From: Promethearchaeota archaeon
Lineage (GTDB): Archaea; Asgardarchaeota; Lokiarchaeia; Sigyniarchaeales; SOKP01
Direction: 5' to 3'
Assembly: GCA_019058245.1 (NCBI GenBank)
Contig: JAHPZJ010000013.1
Span: 169,166 to 233,165, forward strand
DNA length: 64,000 nucleotides
In this document: positions 48,878-59,838 of the stretch, piece by piece
Numbering within the stretch: position 1 is the first letter of the stretch
Layout: each line of letters starts with the position of its first letter
Position numbers and translations under genes: made by a program
Notes under the pieces: model-generated
The model's database searches: none
Seen by the model: only the letters and a program-made list of their open reading frames with translations
Told to the model about the DNA's origin: nothing

Positions 48878-50437
48878 ATGTTGAGGCAAATCCATATTTT
48901 TCTAAAATCAGAGCTAATATTTGTTAAAAATTACGCCATGGCTCTTGGAAGTGAAGAATTAGATAACGTAATGAAGATTATACAAAAATACATCGATATG
49001 CCAATACCAGGTAAAACTTTTCAGAGGAATTTAACAGAATTTCAGATATTTCATAGAGCATCTGATAATTTATATTTTCTCTTTATTACAGATCTAGTTG
49101 ATTCACTCCAATATATTGATGAAATGATTATAAAAATTATTGAGAAATTCAAACAAATATTTCCTAATCCTTCAAACGCAAGTGAAACTGGAACTTCTAA
49201 TGATGAATTTAATGATTTTTTAAATCAATTACAAAAAGATCTACATTCAAAAATAGCAATAATAGGACCTACAGAAGCAGGAAAAACAACTCTCTATAAT
49301 ATGTTGAGAAGTGGGGAAGAAAAAATCCATATGGATTTTGCTAAAACATCAACAATGCAAATTGATAGTATTAGTTTTGATCTTTGGGATTTCCAATTAA
49401 AAGATAATTTCTCTCTTCTTTGGTCAAAATTTATTCGAGGATCTGATTTAGTTATCCTTCTGTTTAATTTAGCAAATTATAACTTAAAAATGATGGATCA
49501 TTTTATGAAACTTCATAAAATAGATGGTAAATATTCAAAATTATTAATTCTTGGAAATAAAAGAGATTTAATAGAAGACACAGATATAAAAAGGATAAAA
49601 AATGAGTTAAGTATTACTGATTTTGAAGAAATATCATTAAACACTTCTGATGCGAAAGAACAAATTAATCAACTTATTATAAAGACTTTAAATTTAAGGA
49701 AAGAATTACCTTCTGATTTTTTTGATTTATTAAAAAAAACAGATAGCTTAGTTTTAGAGGGAAAAAGAGTCGAAGCATTAGCTAATTATAAAGAATTACT
49801 TAATACTAGCAAGAATTATCATAATATAAAATACACAAAAGCTATAGAAAAAAAAATTGAAAACTTACATCTTAAAATTCAAGAAGAAATTGACAAAAGG
49901 AAGGAAATTGTAAAAGATAAAGATTTTGGACCAGCAAAACCATTATTATTTACACGAAAGGTCACAGTAAAGCCTCTCCCAGATGCATTAGATTCAGACA
50001 AAACTTTAGATATAAAACCATTACCTAAAGAAAAACCAGAAATTCCTTCAGAATCCGTTAAAGGATTAGTTTCTTTTCAAAAACTTGATATAGAAAAAGA
50101 AATAAAAACTCCAATAACTGAAAAGCATCAATTAAAAATTATTAAACCAATCTCAACTTCAAAAAAGAGAAAAAAAGAATCAAAACCAGAAACAGAAATG
50201 CCACTTGAATTATTTGGACCTCATAAAGAACTAAAAGAAGATATTAAAAAACCTCTAGTTATTGATTTTACCAAGGAACTACAAAAGATAATATTTCAGA
50301 AAGGAAGCTCTCTTAGTTTAGAATTATGTGAGAATTTAATTATGGAATTAGAAAGATCTTTAGAAAGGCCTATTACAATTGAAGATATTGAATTAGCAGC
50401 AAATTTTTTTGTGAAACAAGAACAAAGTTCTCAGTAA
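48878..50437 (+). CDS. Longin-like domain fused to a Ras-superfamily small GTPase, with helical, low-complexity and C-terminal helical regions
   Basis: MLRQIHIF longin-type start; G1 GPTEAGKTT, G3 WDFQ (degenerate), G4 NKRD. Confidence 0.8.
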   Translation: MLRQIHIFLKSELIFVKNYAMALGSEELDNVMKIIQKYIDMPIPGKTFQRNLTEFQIFHRASDNLYFLFITDLVDSLQYIDEMIIKIIEKFKQIFPNPSNASETGTSNDEFNDFLNQLQKDLHSKIAIIGPTEAGKTTLYNMLRSGEEKIHMDFAKTSTMQIDSISFDLWDFQLKDNFSLLWSKFIRGSDLVILLFNLANYNLKMMDHFMKLHKIDGKYSKLLILGNKRDLIEDTDIKRIKNELSITDFEEISLNTSDAKEQINQLIIKTLNLRKELPSDFFDLLKKTDSLVLEGKRVEALANYKELLNTSKNYHNIKYTKAIEKKIENLHLKIQEEIDKRKEIVKDKDFGPAKPLLFTRKVTVKPLPDALDSDKTLDIKPLPKEKPEIPSESVKGLVSFQKLDIEKEIKTPITEKHQLKIIKPISTSKKRKKESKPETEMPLELFGPHKELKEDIKKPLVIDFTKELQKIIFQKGSSLSLELCENLIMELERSLERPITIEDIELAANFFVKQEQSSQ

Positions 50438-50604
50438 AACATTTCTTTACGTTCAATTTATAAGTTCAGATATAGTTCATAATATACTTCTTTTAAAATA
50501 ATTGAATATATAATATATTACTAGATATATTTTATCGTTTTGATTATTGAATTAAATAAGTTTATATTTAGAATTGCTATAAAGGTGAATTAAAAATTAG
50601 TGCA

Positions 50605-52089
50605 ATGAGAGAACTCAAGGAATATTTTACTGAAAATACGAGATTGAACTATATTCTAGCATTGTTAGAATGGGATCAACAAGTGAATATGATGAATTAC
50701 AAAAATGTTATAGGACGATCAGAACAAATGGCTCTTATAACCAAGCTTATACATAAGAGATTAGTATCAAATGAAGCGGGTGAGATTATAAAACGCGCAG
50801 AAAAACTTGGAGATCTCAATGATATTGATACAGCTATGTTAAGAGAAGCAAAGAGAGCATACGATCAAGAAATCAAATTACCCGAAGAATTGGTTATAGA
50901 AATACAAAAAACTTCCGCAATAGCACAGCAAACATGGCAAAAAGCAAGACAAAAAAATGACTTTAAATCATTTATTCCTTTATTGGAAAAAACTATAGAA
51001 TTACAAAGAGATAAAGCAAGGAAACTTGAAACTCACTCTGATTTATATTCAACCTTAATTGATTTATATGAACCTGGAGCTACTTATGATTGGATCGCCA
51101 ATATATTTAATCCAATAAAACCAAGATTAACTGATTTTGTTAAAAAGCTAGAATCTAGCGCTGAAAAACCTGATGATTCTATATTAAATAAAGAATATGA
51201 TCCCGATAAACAATTTAAATTGAGTTATGAAATTTTAGAAAAATTAAATTATGATTTTAAACAGGGACGGCAAGATCGATCCACACATCCTTTTACTACA
51301 TCGTTAGGTTCATTAGATGTAAGAATTACAACTAGAACCACAGAACCCTTTCCATCTTGTATTACTGGTACTATTCATGAGTGTGGTCATGCTCTTTATG
51401 AAATGGGAATAATGAAAGAATTGCATGATACTATCTTATGTACTGGTACTTCAATGGGGATACATGAATCCCAATCAAGGCTTTGGGAAAACGTAGTTGG
51501 AAGAAGTAAAGAATTTTGGACATACTGGTACCCAACTTTTCAAAAATATTTTCCAGAAAACTTAAATAATTACCCTATGGAAGAATTTCATAGAGCTATC
51601 AATTATGTTCATCCATCATTCATAAGAGTAGAAGCAGATGAAGTAACTTATGGATTGCATATTATTCTTCGATTTGAGATTGAGAAAGGCTTGATTGATG
51701 AGAAAATTCAAGTGAAAGAATTACCAGAATTATGGAATTCTAAATTTGAGGAATTACTTGGAATTGTCCCCCCAAATGATACACTAGGTGTTTTACAGGA
51801 TGTTCATTGGGGAAATGGATATATTGGATACTTTCCCACATATTTTCTAGGAAATCTCTATTGTGCTCAATTCTATAATAGTGCTCTAAAAGAAAATCCA
51901 AAATTACCTGAAGATTATAAGAGTGGAGAATTTTCAAATTTACTAAAATATCTCAGAAATAATATTCATCAATATGGAAGTATTTATCGAGCTAATGATC
52001 TAATAAAGAGAGTTACAGGGGAAGATTTAAATCCTGATTATTTTATGAAATACATTGAAACGAAATTTTATCCTATTTATGGATTATAA
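50605..52089 (+). CDS. Carboxypeptidase Taq (M32), copy 1
   Basis: LEWDQ, HPF, DVRITT, HECGH, HESQSR, IRVEADE, QDVHW. Confidence 0.95.
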   Translation: MRELKEYFTENTRLNYILALLEWDQQVNMMNYKNVIGRSEQMALITKLIHKRLVSNEAGEIIKRAEKLGDLNDIDTAMLREAKRAYDQEIKLPEELVIEIQKTSAIAQQTWQKARQKNDFKSFIPLLEKTIELQRDKARKLETHSDLYSTLIDLYEPGATYDWIANIFNPIKPRLTDFVKKLESSAEKPDDSILNKEYDPDKQFKLSYEILEKLNYDFKQGRQDRSTHPFTTSLGSLDVRITTRTTEPFPSCITGTIHECGHALYEMGIMKELHDTILCTGTSMGIHESQSRLWENVVGRSKEFWTYWYPTFQKYFPENLNNYPMEEFHRAINYVHPSFIRVEADEVTYGLHIILRFEIEKGLIDEKIQVKELPELWNSKFEELLGIVPPNDTLGVLQDVHWGNGYIGYFPTYFLGNLYCAQFYNSALKENPKLPEDYKSGEFSNLLKYLRNNIHQYGSIYRANDLIKRVTGEDLNPDYFMKYIETKFYPIYGL

Positions 52090-52233
52090 GTTTCTATTTT
52101 TATCTTATTTCTTAATAGCCTTTTTTTTATGAAAAACAATAATATTATTATTATTAAAATCAAAACTTATATGTAAAATATAACCTAAACTTTACAAAAG
52201 ATATTAGAAAATTTCTCATATTAAGATTTAATT

Positions 52234-53727
52234 TTGAATTTGATGAAAAAACTTTGGGATCATTTCAATGAAATAAAAAGATTAATTTATATTAGAAATC
52301 TTTTAAGTTGGGATCAACAAGTTAATATGCCCAAAGGTTCGGTAAAAGGAAGGGCTGACCAACTAGTAATAATTCAAAATTTGATTCATAAAAGAATTAA
52401 ATCAGATAAAACTGGAGATTTAATAAGAAGTGTTGAAAAATTAAATAATCTCAATGTAACAGATTTAGCTATGATAAGAGAAGCTAAAAGACATTATATG
52501 CAAGCAACTAGAATACCAGAGACTTTACTGAGTGAAATTACTAAGCAATCAACTTTAGGTTATAATATATGGGAGAAAGCTAGAAAAAAAAGTGATTTTT
52601 CAATTTTTCAGCCATATCTTGAAAAAATGATCAGTCTTCAGATAGAATATGCTGAAAAACTAGAGACAGGCCCAACTTTATATTCAACGCTAATTGATTT
52701 GTATGAACCAGGAGTAACTTACGATTGGATTTTAAAAATCTTTATGAACCTTAAACCTAAATTAATAAAATTCATTAAAACATTAGAAAAATCGTCTAAC
52801 AAACCAGATCAATCAGTATTAAAGAGATATTATGATCCTGAAAAACAATGGCAACTAAGTCTAGATATTATTAAAAAATTAAATTTTGATTTTACTATTG
52901 GGAGGCAAGATAAATCCACTCATCCATTTACTGTTTCTTTATCATCGAAAGATGTTAGAATAACCACGAGAATACGGGAAAATTTTCTAATAGATTGCCT
53001 CTTTTCAACTATTCATGAATGTGGTCATGCTTTATATTATATGGGATTTAATGAAGAGATTCAAGGTACACTTTTAGCAGATTCATGTTCATATGGAATT
53101 GGTGAGTCTCAATCAAGATTATGGGAAAATATTATAGGAAGAAGTAAAGAATTTTGGATATATTGGTATACAATTTTCCAAAAATATTTTCCTGAGAATT
53201 TAAAAGATTATCCTTTAGAAGAATTTTATAGAGCAATAAATATTGTTCAACCTTCATTTATTAGAGTAGATGCGGATGAGGTTACTTATGGGTTACATAT
53301 TATCTTACGATTTGAACTAGAAAAAATGATGATTGAGGATGGTCTCCAAGTAAGTGAGTTAGCCTCCTTATGGAATGAAAAAATGGAAGAATTACTAGGG
53401 ATCATACCACCAAATGATGCAATGGGATTATTACAAGATGCTCATTGGTCTAGCGGTGGATTTGGCTATTTTCCAAGTTATGCACTTGGTAATCTCTATG
53501 GTGCCCAAATCTATCAAAAAGCCTTAAAAGACAATCCTAATCTAACTAAAAACTATGAGAAAGGAGAATTTTCTAATTTGTTAAATTATTTAAACGAAAA
53601 TTTATATCAATATGGAAAAATATATAGAGCCAACGATTTAATAAAAAGAGTTACAGGAGAAAACTTAAATCCTGATTATTTTATGAAATATATTGAAGCA
53701 AAATTTAAGCCAATATATAGACTCTAA
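52234..53727 (+). CDS. Carboxypeptidase Taq (M32), copy 2
   Basis: HPF, DVRITTR, HECGH, GESQSR, IRVDADE, QDAHW. Confidence 0.93.
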   Translation: MNLMKKLWDHFNEIKRLIYIRNLLSWDQQVNMPKGSVKGRADQLVIIQNLIHKRIKSDKTGDLIRSVEKLNNLNVTDLAMIREAKRHYMQATRIPETLLSEITKQSTLGYNIWEKARKKSDFSIFQPYLEKMISLQIEYAEKLETGPTLYSTLIDLYEPGVTYDWILKIFMNLKPKLIKFIKTLEKSSNKPDQSVLKRYYDPEKQWQLSLDIIKKLNFDFTIGRQDKSTHPFTVSLSSKDVRITTRIRENFLIDCLFSTIHECGHALYYMGFNEEIQGTLLADSCSYGIGESQSRLWENIIGRSKEFWIYWYTIFQKYFPENLKDYPLEEFYRAINIVQPSFIRVDADEVTYGLHIILRFELEKMMIEDGLQVSELASLWNEKMEELLGIIPPNDAMGLLQDAHWSSGGFGYFPSYALGNLYGAQIYQKALKDNPNLTKNYEKGEFSNLLNYLNENLYQYGKIYRANDLIKRVTGENLNPDYFMKYIEAKFKPIYRL

Positions 53728-53807
53728 AACTCCCTAATTTTTTTTATTTTTAAAATTTTTAGATAGAAGATATTTTTATTTCATATAATTTTAATAAAAG
53801 TATTAAA

Positions 53808-54404
53808 ATGTTATTACAAATCAAAAAATTCTCAGAAAAAGTATTACTCCCATTAGCTAGAAAATTAAAAAACATCCCAGCTAATTATTTTACGTTATTT
53901 GGTCTAGTCTCAGCAATAATTACTTTTTTTGGATTTGTATTTCAATTAATGATAATAGTAATTATTTTTCTTTTCATTACAGAATTTTTTGATCAGTTAG
54001 ATGGAGTGGTAGCACGACTTCAAGGTCCTACAAAATTAGGTGGATTTTTAGATTCTACATTAGATAGAATTGGAGACTTCTTTTTGTTTATAGGAATTAT
54101 TATAGGTGGATATACGACAATAGAGATTGGTTTAATTGTACTTTTTGGAGCTTTTTTAACGTCTTATACCCGCGCTAAGATTGAAGCGTTAGGTGTTGAG
54201 AAAATATATGGAATTGGAATATTAGAACGAACAGATCGGGTACCGATTTTATTTATTGGAGCAATTTTACAAATTTGGTTTTTATCTGCTCTGTGGTGGA
54301 CGATGATAATCTTAGCAATTGGTACAAATATTACTGTAATTCAGAGAATTATTTTTGCTTTTCAAAAGTTTTCAAATAATAATAAAGAAAAAGTAGAGTC
54401 TTGA
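53808..54404 (+). CDS. CDP-alcohol phosphatidyltransferase (archaetidylinositol-phosphate synthase-like)
   Basis: DQLDG.VAR....T..GGFLDSTLDR, SYTRAK.E. Confidence 0.9.
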   Translation: MLLQIKKFSEKVLLPLARKLKNIPANYFTLFGLVSAIITFFGFVFQLMIIVIIFLFITEFFDQLDGVVARLQGPTKLGGFLDSTLDRIGDFFLFIGIIIGGYTTIEIGLIVLFGAFLTSYTRAKIEALGVEKIYGIGILERTDRVPILFIGAILQIWFLSALWWTMIILAIGTNITVIQRIIFAFQKFSNNNKEKVES

Positions 54405-54424
54405 ATTTTGTTATATCTTATTCT

Positions 54425-55087
54425 TTAAAATTGCTGTTTAGAAAATATTAAAATATTTATGCTCATCATTATAATAGTAATCGTTATTCCGAGAGATAAA
54501 GCTAATATTATAGGATTTAATATCTTAAAAAAGATAGTTGGTAAAATAATAATTGTAGATAATTGACTTCCTAAATATACAGATAAAATAGCAGCAACAG
54601 GTACAGATGAAACTAAAACACCAAAGAAAATCCCGATAGAACATGTTATTGACATCGAAGAAATTCCAATTATTAATGATTCAAAAGTGATGTTTAAGTA
54701 ATTTTCCATCAAATCGCCTCTGAATGCATCAACTATAAGACCAAAAATGAGGGATATTGAAACAGCGATAACTAAACATAAGTATACTGCCAAATATTTC
54801 GCTAAAATTAAACTACTTCGTCTCACAGGTCTAATTAAAAATAATTCATATACATGTCGATTTTTTTCACTTACGATTGATGTGCTTAACATTATCGCTG
54901 AAAGTGTTCCACCTATACTTGAAACAACAATAGAAACTAAAAATGAAATTGGCATTCCTTCCAAATCATTAGGACTAATAAATTGAATAAGGAAAGAAAG
55001 CAGTGGTAATCCAAACCAGAGAACGATCATAACTTTTGATTTTGCATATCCTTTTAATTCATCAAGAAAGATTAACAATAAACTCAA
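54425..55087 (-). CDS. ABC-2 type exporter permease
   Basis: 6 TM, SEK....ELFLIRPV.R...ILAK. Confidence 0.85.
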   Translation of the reverse strand: MSLLLIFLDELKGYAKSKVMIVLWFGLPLLSFLIQFISPNDLEGMPISFLVSIVVSSIGGTLSAIMLSTSIVSEKNRHVYELFLIRPVRRSSLILAKYLAVYLCLVIAVSISLIFGLIVDAFRGDLMENYLNITFESLIIGISSMSITCSIGIFFGVLVSSVPVAAILSVYLGSQLSTIIILPTIFFKILNPIILALSLGITITIIMMSINILIFSKQQF

Positions 55088-56034
55088 TCGGTTTCACCTC
55101 CAACTAATTTTAGATATACTTCCTCTAGACTTGGTTCTACTAGATTAAAACTGCGTAATTTACAATCCTGTTCGAATAAGCTTTTTAAAATAGAAGATAT
55201 ACTTATATCTACATCCGCATCTGCTTTTAAATGAACTAATTGCTTGTTAGATTTAATATTTTCAACATAATCAATATATCTTAAACTATCCAAGTCTTTA
55301 CAAAGAGAAGTATTTTCAGCATAAATAATTTCTATGATATTTCCTATTCGGAAACTACTTTGAAGTTTTTCTGGACTTCCAATTGTTAGAATCTTACCTT
55401 TATTTATTATACCTATTTTATCAGCTACATCTTGAACATCACTTAATATGTGAGATGAAAAGAAAATAGTAATATCACTTTTTCCTAGTTTTTTTATGAT
55501 TTTTTTAAATTGGAATCTCATATTAGGATCTAGACCAGTTAAAGGCTCATCCAACACTAAAATCTGTGGTTCATGAAGTAAAGCTTGACCTAATCTTAAT
55601 TTTTGAAGCATTCCTCCAGATAAGTGAACAACTTTTTTATATCTTACGTCAGATAAATAGGTTAATTTTAAGATTTCCTGAGTTCGTTTGTTAATTTGTT
55701 CGGAAGTGAGACCTGATAAACGTCCAAATGTCTTAAATACCTGATCCACGGTTCGCCATACTTGAAAACCAGCTTCTTGTGGATGATATCCAATTAGATT
55801 ATTTAAGTCCTTCCAATTATTAGAAATTTTTCTCCCATTAACTAGAACATCTCCAAAAAAATTTCTTATTAAACCCACTAATATTTTGATAGTCGTTGTT
55901 TTACCTGCACCATTAGGACCAATGTATCCAAATATTTCTCCTTTAGGGATTTTAAATGATATATCATCTAATGCAAGAAGTTCTTTATAGTTCTTAGAAA
56001 CATTTTTGAATTCTATGCAAGTACTTTTATTCAT
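55084..56034 (-). CDS. ABC transporter ATP-binding protein
   Basis: GPNGAGKTT, LSGG, LDEP..GLD, SSH. Confidence 0.95.
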   Translation of the reverse strand: MNKSTCIEFKNVSKNYKELLALDDISFKIPKGEIFGYIGPNGAGKTTTIKILVGLIRNFFGDVLVNGRKISNNWKDLNNLIGYHPQEAGFQVWRTVDQVFKTFGRLSGLTSEQINKRTQEILKLTYLSDVRYKKVVHLSGGMLQKLRLGQALLHEPQILVLDEPLTGLDPNMRFQFKKIIKKLGKSDITIFFSSHILSDVQDVADKIGIINKGKILTIGSPEKLQSSFRIGNIIEIIYAENTSLCKDLDSLRYIDYVENIKSNKQLVHLKADADVDISISSILKSLFEQDCKLRSFNLVEPSLEEVYLKLVGGETD

Positions 56035-56129
56035 AATTGATATTGAATTAATTGTAATAGTTTAGCTAAGCAATCGTTGCTTTAATAATTATGCTATTTA
56101 ACTTCCATAATTTAGAGGGAAGACTTTAG

Positions 56130-56321
56130 GAAAATTTACTACTTACTTTTAGTTATTCCATAGTTTGAGATGATCTTCTTCTTAAAGCTATTATAAAAAT
56201 TTATTTGTTCTTTATCAATTAATAATTTCAATAATTCTATAATAGTATTATTAATAGGAAATAGAAATATTCCTGCGTTTACTATCATTCTTTCCGCATT
56301 TCTATATTTTTCATCTCACAT
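56130..56321 (-). pseudogene. Probable decayed 5' gene fragment
   Basis: Protein-like frames broken by stops and shifts: DEKYRNAERMIVNAGIFLFPINNTIIELLKLLIDKEQINF/IIALRRRSSQTME*LKVSSKFS. Confidence 0.35.
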
Positions 56322-56424
56322 TTCTCAAATTTATTAAATTATTTTTAAATAGAATCAAATCTAAGAATATTTATTAAGATTTTATTATGAAAAAAATTTA
56401 TCTTAATGATTTTTTCCATAATTT

Positions 56425-58197
56425 TTGTCGAATGAATTTACAAAATTTAAAGAAAAATGGAGAAAGATAATGGAGTATAGAACCTATCCAGAATTTAGTA
56501 CTCACTATCCCTTAATTCTCACGACCTTTATGAAAAGACCAGTAAAAGTTTATCCAAATGAGATAGGCGTGGTTTATCGAAACCATGTCTCAGGTGAATA
56601 TTTCCGTTTTACATGGATTGAGTGGTATAAGCGCACTTGTCGCTTAGCTAATGCTTTAAATTCTCTTGGTGTAAAACCAGGAAAACCAAGTGAACCGGGT
56701 GAAAGAGTTGCAACCATGGCACTAAATACACACAGACACCTAGAACTTTATTATGCTGTACCCTGTAGTGGAGCAGTACTCCATCCAATCAATGTGAGAC
56801 TTGCCTTGGAACACATAATCTATACTATAAATCATGCTAAAGATACAATCATATTTTTTGATGATCTAATGCTACCCATGGTTGAGGGTATCTATGATCA
56901 AATAAAAAATACTGTAAAGAAATTCGTATATATGTCAGATAAACCAGGATTGCCTGATACAAAGATAGATAATCTTTATGAGTATGAGTTATTGCTTCAA
57001 CAGGAATCTGAAAAATTTGAATGGCCTTATTTAAATGAGGATAACTATGCTACTCTCTGTTATACTACAGGCACTACAGGGCTTCCAAAGGGTGTTATGT
57101 TCACTCACAGAGCGCTTTACCTTCAGAGTTTGCATTTAATAGCCCAAACAAGTATGGTTAATGATCCAACATATGTACATCTTGGTGAGAATATTATTAC
57201 TATGATAATGACTCCCCTATTTCACATCCATGCATGGGGTGCGCCTTTTCATTATGTTTTTATGGGAGTAAAAATAGTGTTACCAGGCACATTTACGGTT
57301 GATGGGTTCTGCGAACTAGTTCAAACTGAAAAAGTAACAACTGTGTCAGTAGTGCCGACAATTCTGGCACTACTTCTTGAGTATAAAGATTTGGACAATT
57401 ATAGTTTGAGTAGTCTTAAAGCAGTTGGCGTGGGTGGAGGTGCTTTACCATTGGGATTAAAGACTAAGGTTGAGAATAAAATTCCTGGATTTACTGCAAC
57501 ATCAGGATATGGTATGACTGAAACAGCCCCAGTTACCATAAGGGCTTTTGTCAAGAAATATATGGCAAACTGGTCAAAAGAGAAACTTGATACCGTAAGA
57601 GTTAAGACAGGAATTTCAATTCCTGGACTTGAAGTAGAAGTTTTTGATGACAATGAAAAAAAAATCCCTCATGATAATAAAACTATTGGACAGATCGTTA
57701 TCCGTGGTCCCTGGGTAATGGAAAAATACTATAAGAATCCTGAAAAGTCTGCTGATGTATGGTATGATGGATGGTTCCATACTGGGGATTTGGCAAAAGT
57801 TGATGAAGAAGATTTTATAATCATTGCAGATAGGATGTCGGATATCATTAGAAGCGGTGCAGAAATGGTTCCTACGGTACTCCTTGAAAATCTAGCTGCA
57901 TTGGCTGATTTTGTACTCGAAGCTACGGTTGTAGGAGTTCCAGATGAAATATGGGGTGAAAAAGCGATGGCTATAGTAAAACTTGTTCCTGGATCCGATA
58001 AAAATGAACAGGATCTTATAGATTTTCTTACGGTTGAAGGTGTAGATAAGGGAAAAATTACTCAATGGATGCTTCCAAAACTCATAGCTATTGTCGATGA
58101 AATACCCAGAACAAGTGTAGGGAAATTTAATAAAATAGAAATTAGAAAAAATTTGGATAAGTTCTTAGAAAAGGCTAAAGATATGAAAAAAGCTTAA
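56425..58197 (+). CDS. Fatty-acid--CoA ligase (AMP-binding, AlkK/DmdB-like)
   Basis: YTTGTTGLPKGV, GYGMTET, WFHTGD, TSVGK. Confidence 0.92.
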   Translation: MSNEFTKFKEKWRKIMEYRTYPEFSTHYPLILTTFMKRPVKVYPNEIGVVYRNHVSGEYFRFTWIEWYKRTCRLANALNSLGVKPGKPSEPGERVATMALNTHRHLELYYAVPCSGAVLHPINVRLALEHIIYTINHAKDTIIFFDDLMLPMVEGIYDQIKNTVKKFVYMSDKPGLPDTKIDNLYEYELLLQQESEKFEWPYLNEDNYATLCYTTGTTGLPKGVMFTHRALYLQSLHLIAQTSMVNDPTYVHLGENIITMIMTPLFHIHAWGAPFHYVFMGVKIVLPGTFTVDGFCELVQTEKVTTVSVVPTILALLLEYKDLDNYSLSSLKAVGVGGGALPLGLKTKVENKIPGFTATSGYGMTETAPVTIRAFVKKYMANWSKEKLDTVRVKTGISIPGLEVEVFDDNEKKIPHDNKTIGQIVIRGPWVMEKYYKNPEKSADVWYDGWFHTGDLAKVDEEDFIIIADRMSDIIRSGAEMVPTVLLENLAALADFVLEATVVGVPDEIWGEKAMAIVKLVPGSDKNEQDLIDFLTVEGVDKGKITQWMLPKLIAIVDEIPRTSVGKFNKIEIRKNLDKFLEKAKDMKKA

Positions 58198-58402
58198 GCA
58201 ACTAAAATTATCATTCTTACATTTTAATAATTTTTGAAATTAAGATTCATTCTCAGTTTTTATTGTATGATTAAAATTTAAAATTCAATTAAATTTTTGA
58301 TCTGTTTTGTTATTGATTATTGGTTAATAATTAAGATTAAAATTAGTTGTTTCCCTAATTAGTTAATATTAAAAATTAAAAAATAAAATATATACATTCT
58401 CA

Positions 58403-59737
58403 TTGTGTTCGGTTATGGTTATTAATTGCATAATTATTGGTCATGGTGCCAGAGAACATGTTATTGGTGAAGCTCTGGTTAAAGGTGGAGCAAATTTATA
58501 TTCTTTTATGAGTTTTAAAAATGCTGGATTAGAAGATTTAAGTAAAAAAATTAAAATTCATTCTGAGACAGATTTCAAAGAAATTATTGATTTTTGTAAT
58601 GAGAATAAAATTGATTTTGCAGTAATAGGCCCTGAGGCACCATTAGTAGTTGGAATTGTTAATGCCTTGGAAAAGGGGGGTATTCCCTGTGTGGGACCTA
58701 AAATCGAAGCCGCTCAGTTAGAGGGGTCTAAAATCTTTACAAGAGGATTACTTAAAAAGTATAAGATAAAGTCAAATATTTGGAGCAAAGAATTTAATTC
58801 TATGGATGGGGTTACTGATTTTATTGATGAAAAAGGTGCAGATAATTTAGTTGTGAAGCCTGATGGACTAACTGGTGGTAAAGGTGTTAAAGTTTATGGA
58901 GATCATCTTTTTTCTAAACGAGACATAATTGATTATTGTCAAGAATTAATCGACCAGAAAAATCTTTTTATTTTAGAAGAAAAATGTGAAGGTGAAGAAT
59001 TCACACTTCAGACGTTTGTTGATGGTAATAATGTTATAGGAACACCTTTAGTCCAAGATCATAAAAGAGCTTATGAGGGTGATTCAGGGCCAAATACGGG
59101 AGGAATGGGTTCTTACTCAATAGAGAATCATCTTATGCCTTTTATCACTCAAGAAGATGTAGATGATGTTCTAAAAGATATGAAAAATGTTGTAGCTGCG
59201 GTAAAAACTGAAACTGGTGTTGAATATAAAGGATTTCTTTATGGACAATTTATGAAAACTGCTAAGGGTAATAAGCTAATTGAATTTAATGCCAGGATGG
59301 GTGATCCTGAAGCAATGAATGTTTTACCCCTCCTAAAAACCAATTTTCTTGATGTGTGCCAAGCGATAATTAATGGTACTCTTGATAAGCTTACAATTGA
59401 ATTTGATAAGAAAGCGACGGTTTGTAAATATCTGGCTCCTGAGGGTTATCCTGTATCTCCTAAGAGAGATGAATTAGTAAAAATAAATATGGACAAAATT
59501 AATAAAATAGGAGCGAGTCTATATTATGCTTCAATATATAGAGAAAATAGAAATATTTATACTACTACGTCAAGGGCGATAGGAGTATTAGGGATAGCAG
59601 ATAATTTAGAAACTGCTGAGAAAATAGCAGAGAAAGGTGTTGGTTGTGTCGAGGGTAAATTATTTCACAGAAAAGATGTTGGTACACGAGAACTATTACA
59701 AAAACGTATTGATCATATGGATTCTCTTTTAAAATAG
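58403..59737 (+). CDS. purD: Phosphoribosylamine--glycine ligase
   Basis: GHGAREH, IGPEAPL, LEGSK, KPDGL.GGKGV, QDHKRA, GPNTGGMG, EFNAR.GDPE; ATG at 58415 is a likely start. Confidence 0.96.
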   Translation: MCSVMVINCIIIGHGAREHVIGEALVKGGANLYSFMSFKNAGLEDLSKKIKIHSETDFKEIIDFCNENKIDFAVIGPEAPLVVGIVNALEKGGIPCVGPKIEAAQLEGSKIFTRGLLKKYKIKSNIWSKEFNSMDGVTDFIDEKGADNLVVKPDGLTGGKGVKVYGDHLFSKRDIIDYCQELIDQKNLFILEEKCEGEEFTLQTFVDGNNVIGTPLVQDHKRAYEGDSGPNTGGMGSYSIENHLMPFITQEDVDDVLKDMKNVVAAVKTETGVEYKGFLYGQFMKTAKGNKLIEFNARMGDPEAMNVLPLLKTNFLDVCQAIINGTLDKLTIEFDKKATVCKYLAPEGYPVSPKRDELVKINMDKINKIGASLYYASIYRENRNIYTTTSRAIGVLGIADNLETAEKIAEKGVGCVEGKLFHRKDVGTRELLQKRIDHMDSLLK

Positions 59738-59838
59738 AAAAAAAATGAAAATTATTTAATAATTTTTCTATATGTTAGATTTTTATATTCTATAATAATT
59801 AAATTCTAATATTTTTTAGAGTGATTTAAACTAGAATT

